Shown here piece after piece: positions 62,983-64,000 of a stretch of DNA of 64,000 nt; positions within the stretch are counted from its first letter, which is position 1; the number at the start of each line of letters is the position of its first letter. The notes beneath the pieces were generated by a model that was not told the DNA's origin, did not search any database, and was given only the letters and a program-made list of their open reading frames with translations. The DNA comes from a virus. The DNA lies in IMG/VR virus record IMGVR_UViG_3300045988_117710; one strand, 5' to 3'. The translations under genes and the position numbers were made by a program.

Positions 62983-62991
62983 TCGTATAAT
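62983..62991 (+). promoter_or_regulatory. phage promoter-like motif TCGTATAAT
   Basis: Exact 9-mer directly after helicase stop, upstream of ORF 63019. Confidence 0.45.
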
Positions 62992-63018
62992 TTAATAGTA
63001 GTATATGAGGAGATTAAT

Positions 63019-63351
63019 ATGATTAGGAGACATGATTTAGATAAGTTAACTAATCTTCTTGAAGGAATTCAGAAGGAAGGAATTAAGATTAATCGTGATG
63101 ATGAGCTCTCTAAAGTATTAACTGATATCAAAGGTTTAAGAACAGCAATTTATTTACAGACTTGTTCTGGTTTAGGGTATTTAGTTGATGGTACTTTTTA
63201 TAAGAGTGAAGAAGATATGATTAATATATTAGAAGGTTTTGATGGTGATATCGATGACTTGGCCACGAAGTTTGGTAGTGTTCAAACCTTTATTAGTACT
63301 GATTACTTATTAGAGTGGTTAGGAAGAATTATAGATGAGAACTTTAAATAG
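63019..63351 (+). CDS. hypothetical protein
   Basis: ORF track; downstream of promoter motif 62983. Confidence 0.4.
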   Translation: MIRRHDLDKLTNLLEGIQKEGIKINRDDELSKVLTDIKGLRTAIYLQTCSGLGYLVDGTFYKSEEDMINILEGFDGDIDDLATKFGSVQTFISTDYLLEWLGRIIDENFK

Positions 63352-64000
63352 TGTTCTTGAAGAGTATCGTGGTAAGAAGGTTTTCTTAATAGATAACCTA
63401 TGGTATATGCATAAATGTTACAGTGTAATGTCTGATTTTCAGAATGCTGATGGTTATAAGACTGGTCATTTATATGGAATGGCGAATTTGATTACTAATA
63501 TTACAACTAATTTTGAAGATGCTTTGATTCTTATTTGTGAGGATTGTGGTTCTTCTGATAGGAAGCAGTTGGATGAGAGTTATAAAGCAAACAGACATCA
63601 AATGTTTAGTTTTCATTCTCTATTTAGTTTCGAACGTAATTTATTTCAAGATGTTCCTAATGTGTTCTTTTGTTATTCTGAAGGGTTTGAAGCTGATGAT
63701 GTATTGTTTTCAGTAAGTAGGATTAAGGATTATGATAATGAGTTTATTATTTTCTCTGGAGATAATGATTTATTACAAGCTTTAGATGATTCTACTAAGA
63801 TTGTTAGGAAGATTGTTGGAGATAGATTTACAATAGAAATTAATCAGGGTGATGATTATTATAACAAGACTTATGAGTCACTTTTACCATCACAGATTCC
63901 TGTGTTTAGAGCAATTGTTGGTGATAAGTCTGATAACTTACAACCTATTATTTATAGGTTTCCTAGAAAGGTTGCTAAGTTGTTTGCAAAGAATTATGAT
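63335..64000 (+). CDS. 5'-3' exonuclease / flap endonuclease (PIN-like), 3'-truncated by window end
   Basis: Open frame from ATG 63335 to window end; motifs FEADDVL and IVGDKSDNL typical of the T4 RNase H / Pol I 5'-nuclease family. Confidence 0.6.
   Translation, partial: MRTLNSVLEEYRGKKVFLIDNLWYMHKCYSVMSDFQNADGYKTGHLYGMANLITNITTNFEDALILICEDCGSSDRKQLDESYKANRHQMFSFHSLFSFERNLFQDVPNVFFCYSEGFEADDVLFSVSRIKDYDNEFIIFSGDNDLLQALDDSTKIVRKIVGDRFTIEINQGDDYYNKTYESLLPSQIPVFRAIVGDKSDNLQPIIYRFPRKVAKLFAKNYD

Noticed and set aside
1-64000. CRISPR arrays, integrase/att sites, transposase-bounded mobile elements
   Set aside because: No direct-repeat/spacer periodicity, no tyrosine or serine recombinase motifs, and no IS-like terminal inverted repeats were seen. 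The only selfish-element candidates are the HNH and Zn-ribbon endonuclease genes listed as features.

Overview
This 64 kb window looks like a contiguous stretch of a large, low-GC (about one-third GC by eye) tailed dsDNA phage genome. Every supportable gene is on the + strand, and minus-strand ORFs in the six-frame track look spurious. Terminator hairpins followed by a phage-specific promoter-like motif, consensus TCGTATAAT, punctuate the map; the motif recurs about 18 times. Positions 1-18000 hold an early/metabolic module: a TelA-like protein, a Clp-type AAA+ ATPase paired with an HslV-like peptidase, a Rad52-like annealase plus YqaJ-like exonuclease, ribosomal proteins bL9 and bS21, a Thg1-like tRNA 5'-end repair enzyme, HAD phosphatase-MazG, dUTPase, APRT, a PspC-domain protein, and an anaerobic class III ribonucleotide reductase whose glycyl-radical segment sits in a separate small ORF. 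Positions 18000-29800 are an RNA-gene island: a one-piece tmRNA, 22 canonical tRNAs, several atypical or fragmentary tRNA-like elements including one circularly permuted tRNA-like gene, two HNH endonucleases and small proteins. Positions 29800-59300 are structural: multiple very large tail-fiber/adhesin-like proteins, a Dam-like methyltransferase, and a putative major capsid protein with distinct codon usage. Positions 50900-64000 hold a GHKL ATPase, a WGR+PARP-like ADP-ribosyltransferase, a metallophosphatase, an SNF2-like helicase and a 5'-3' flap exonuclease (3'-truncated by the window). Start coordinates refined from the ORF track are in frame with the listed ORFs. RNA and regulatory coordinates were counted by hand and may be off by 1-2 nt.
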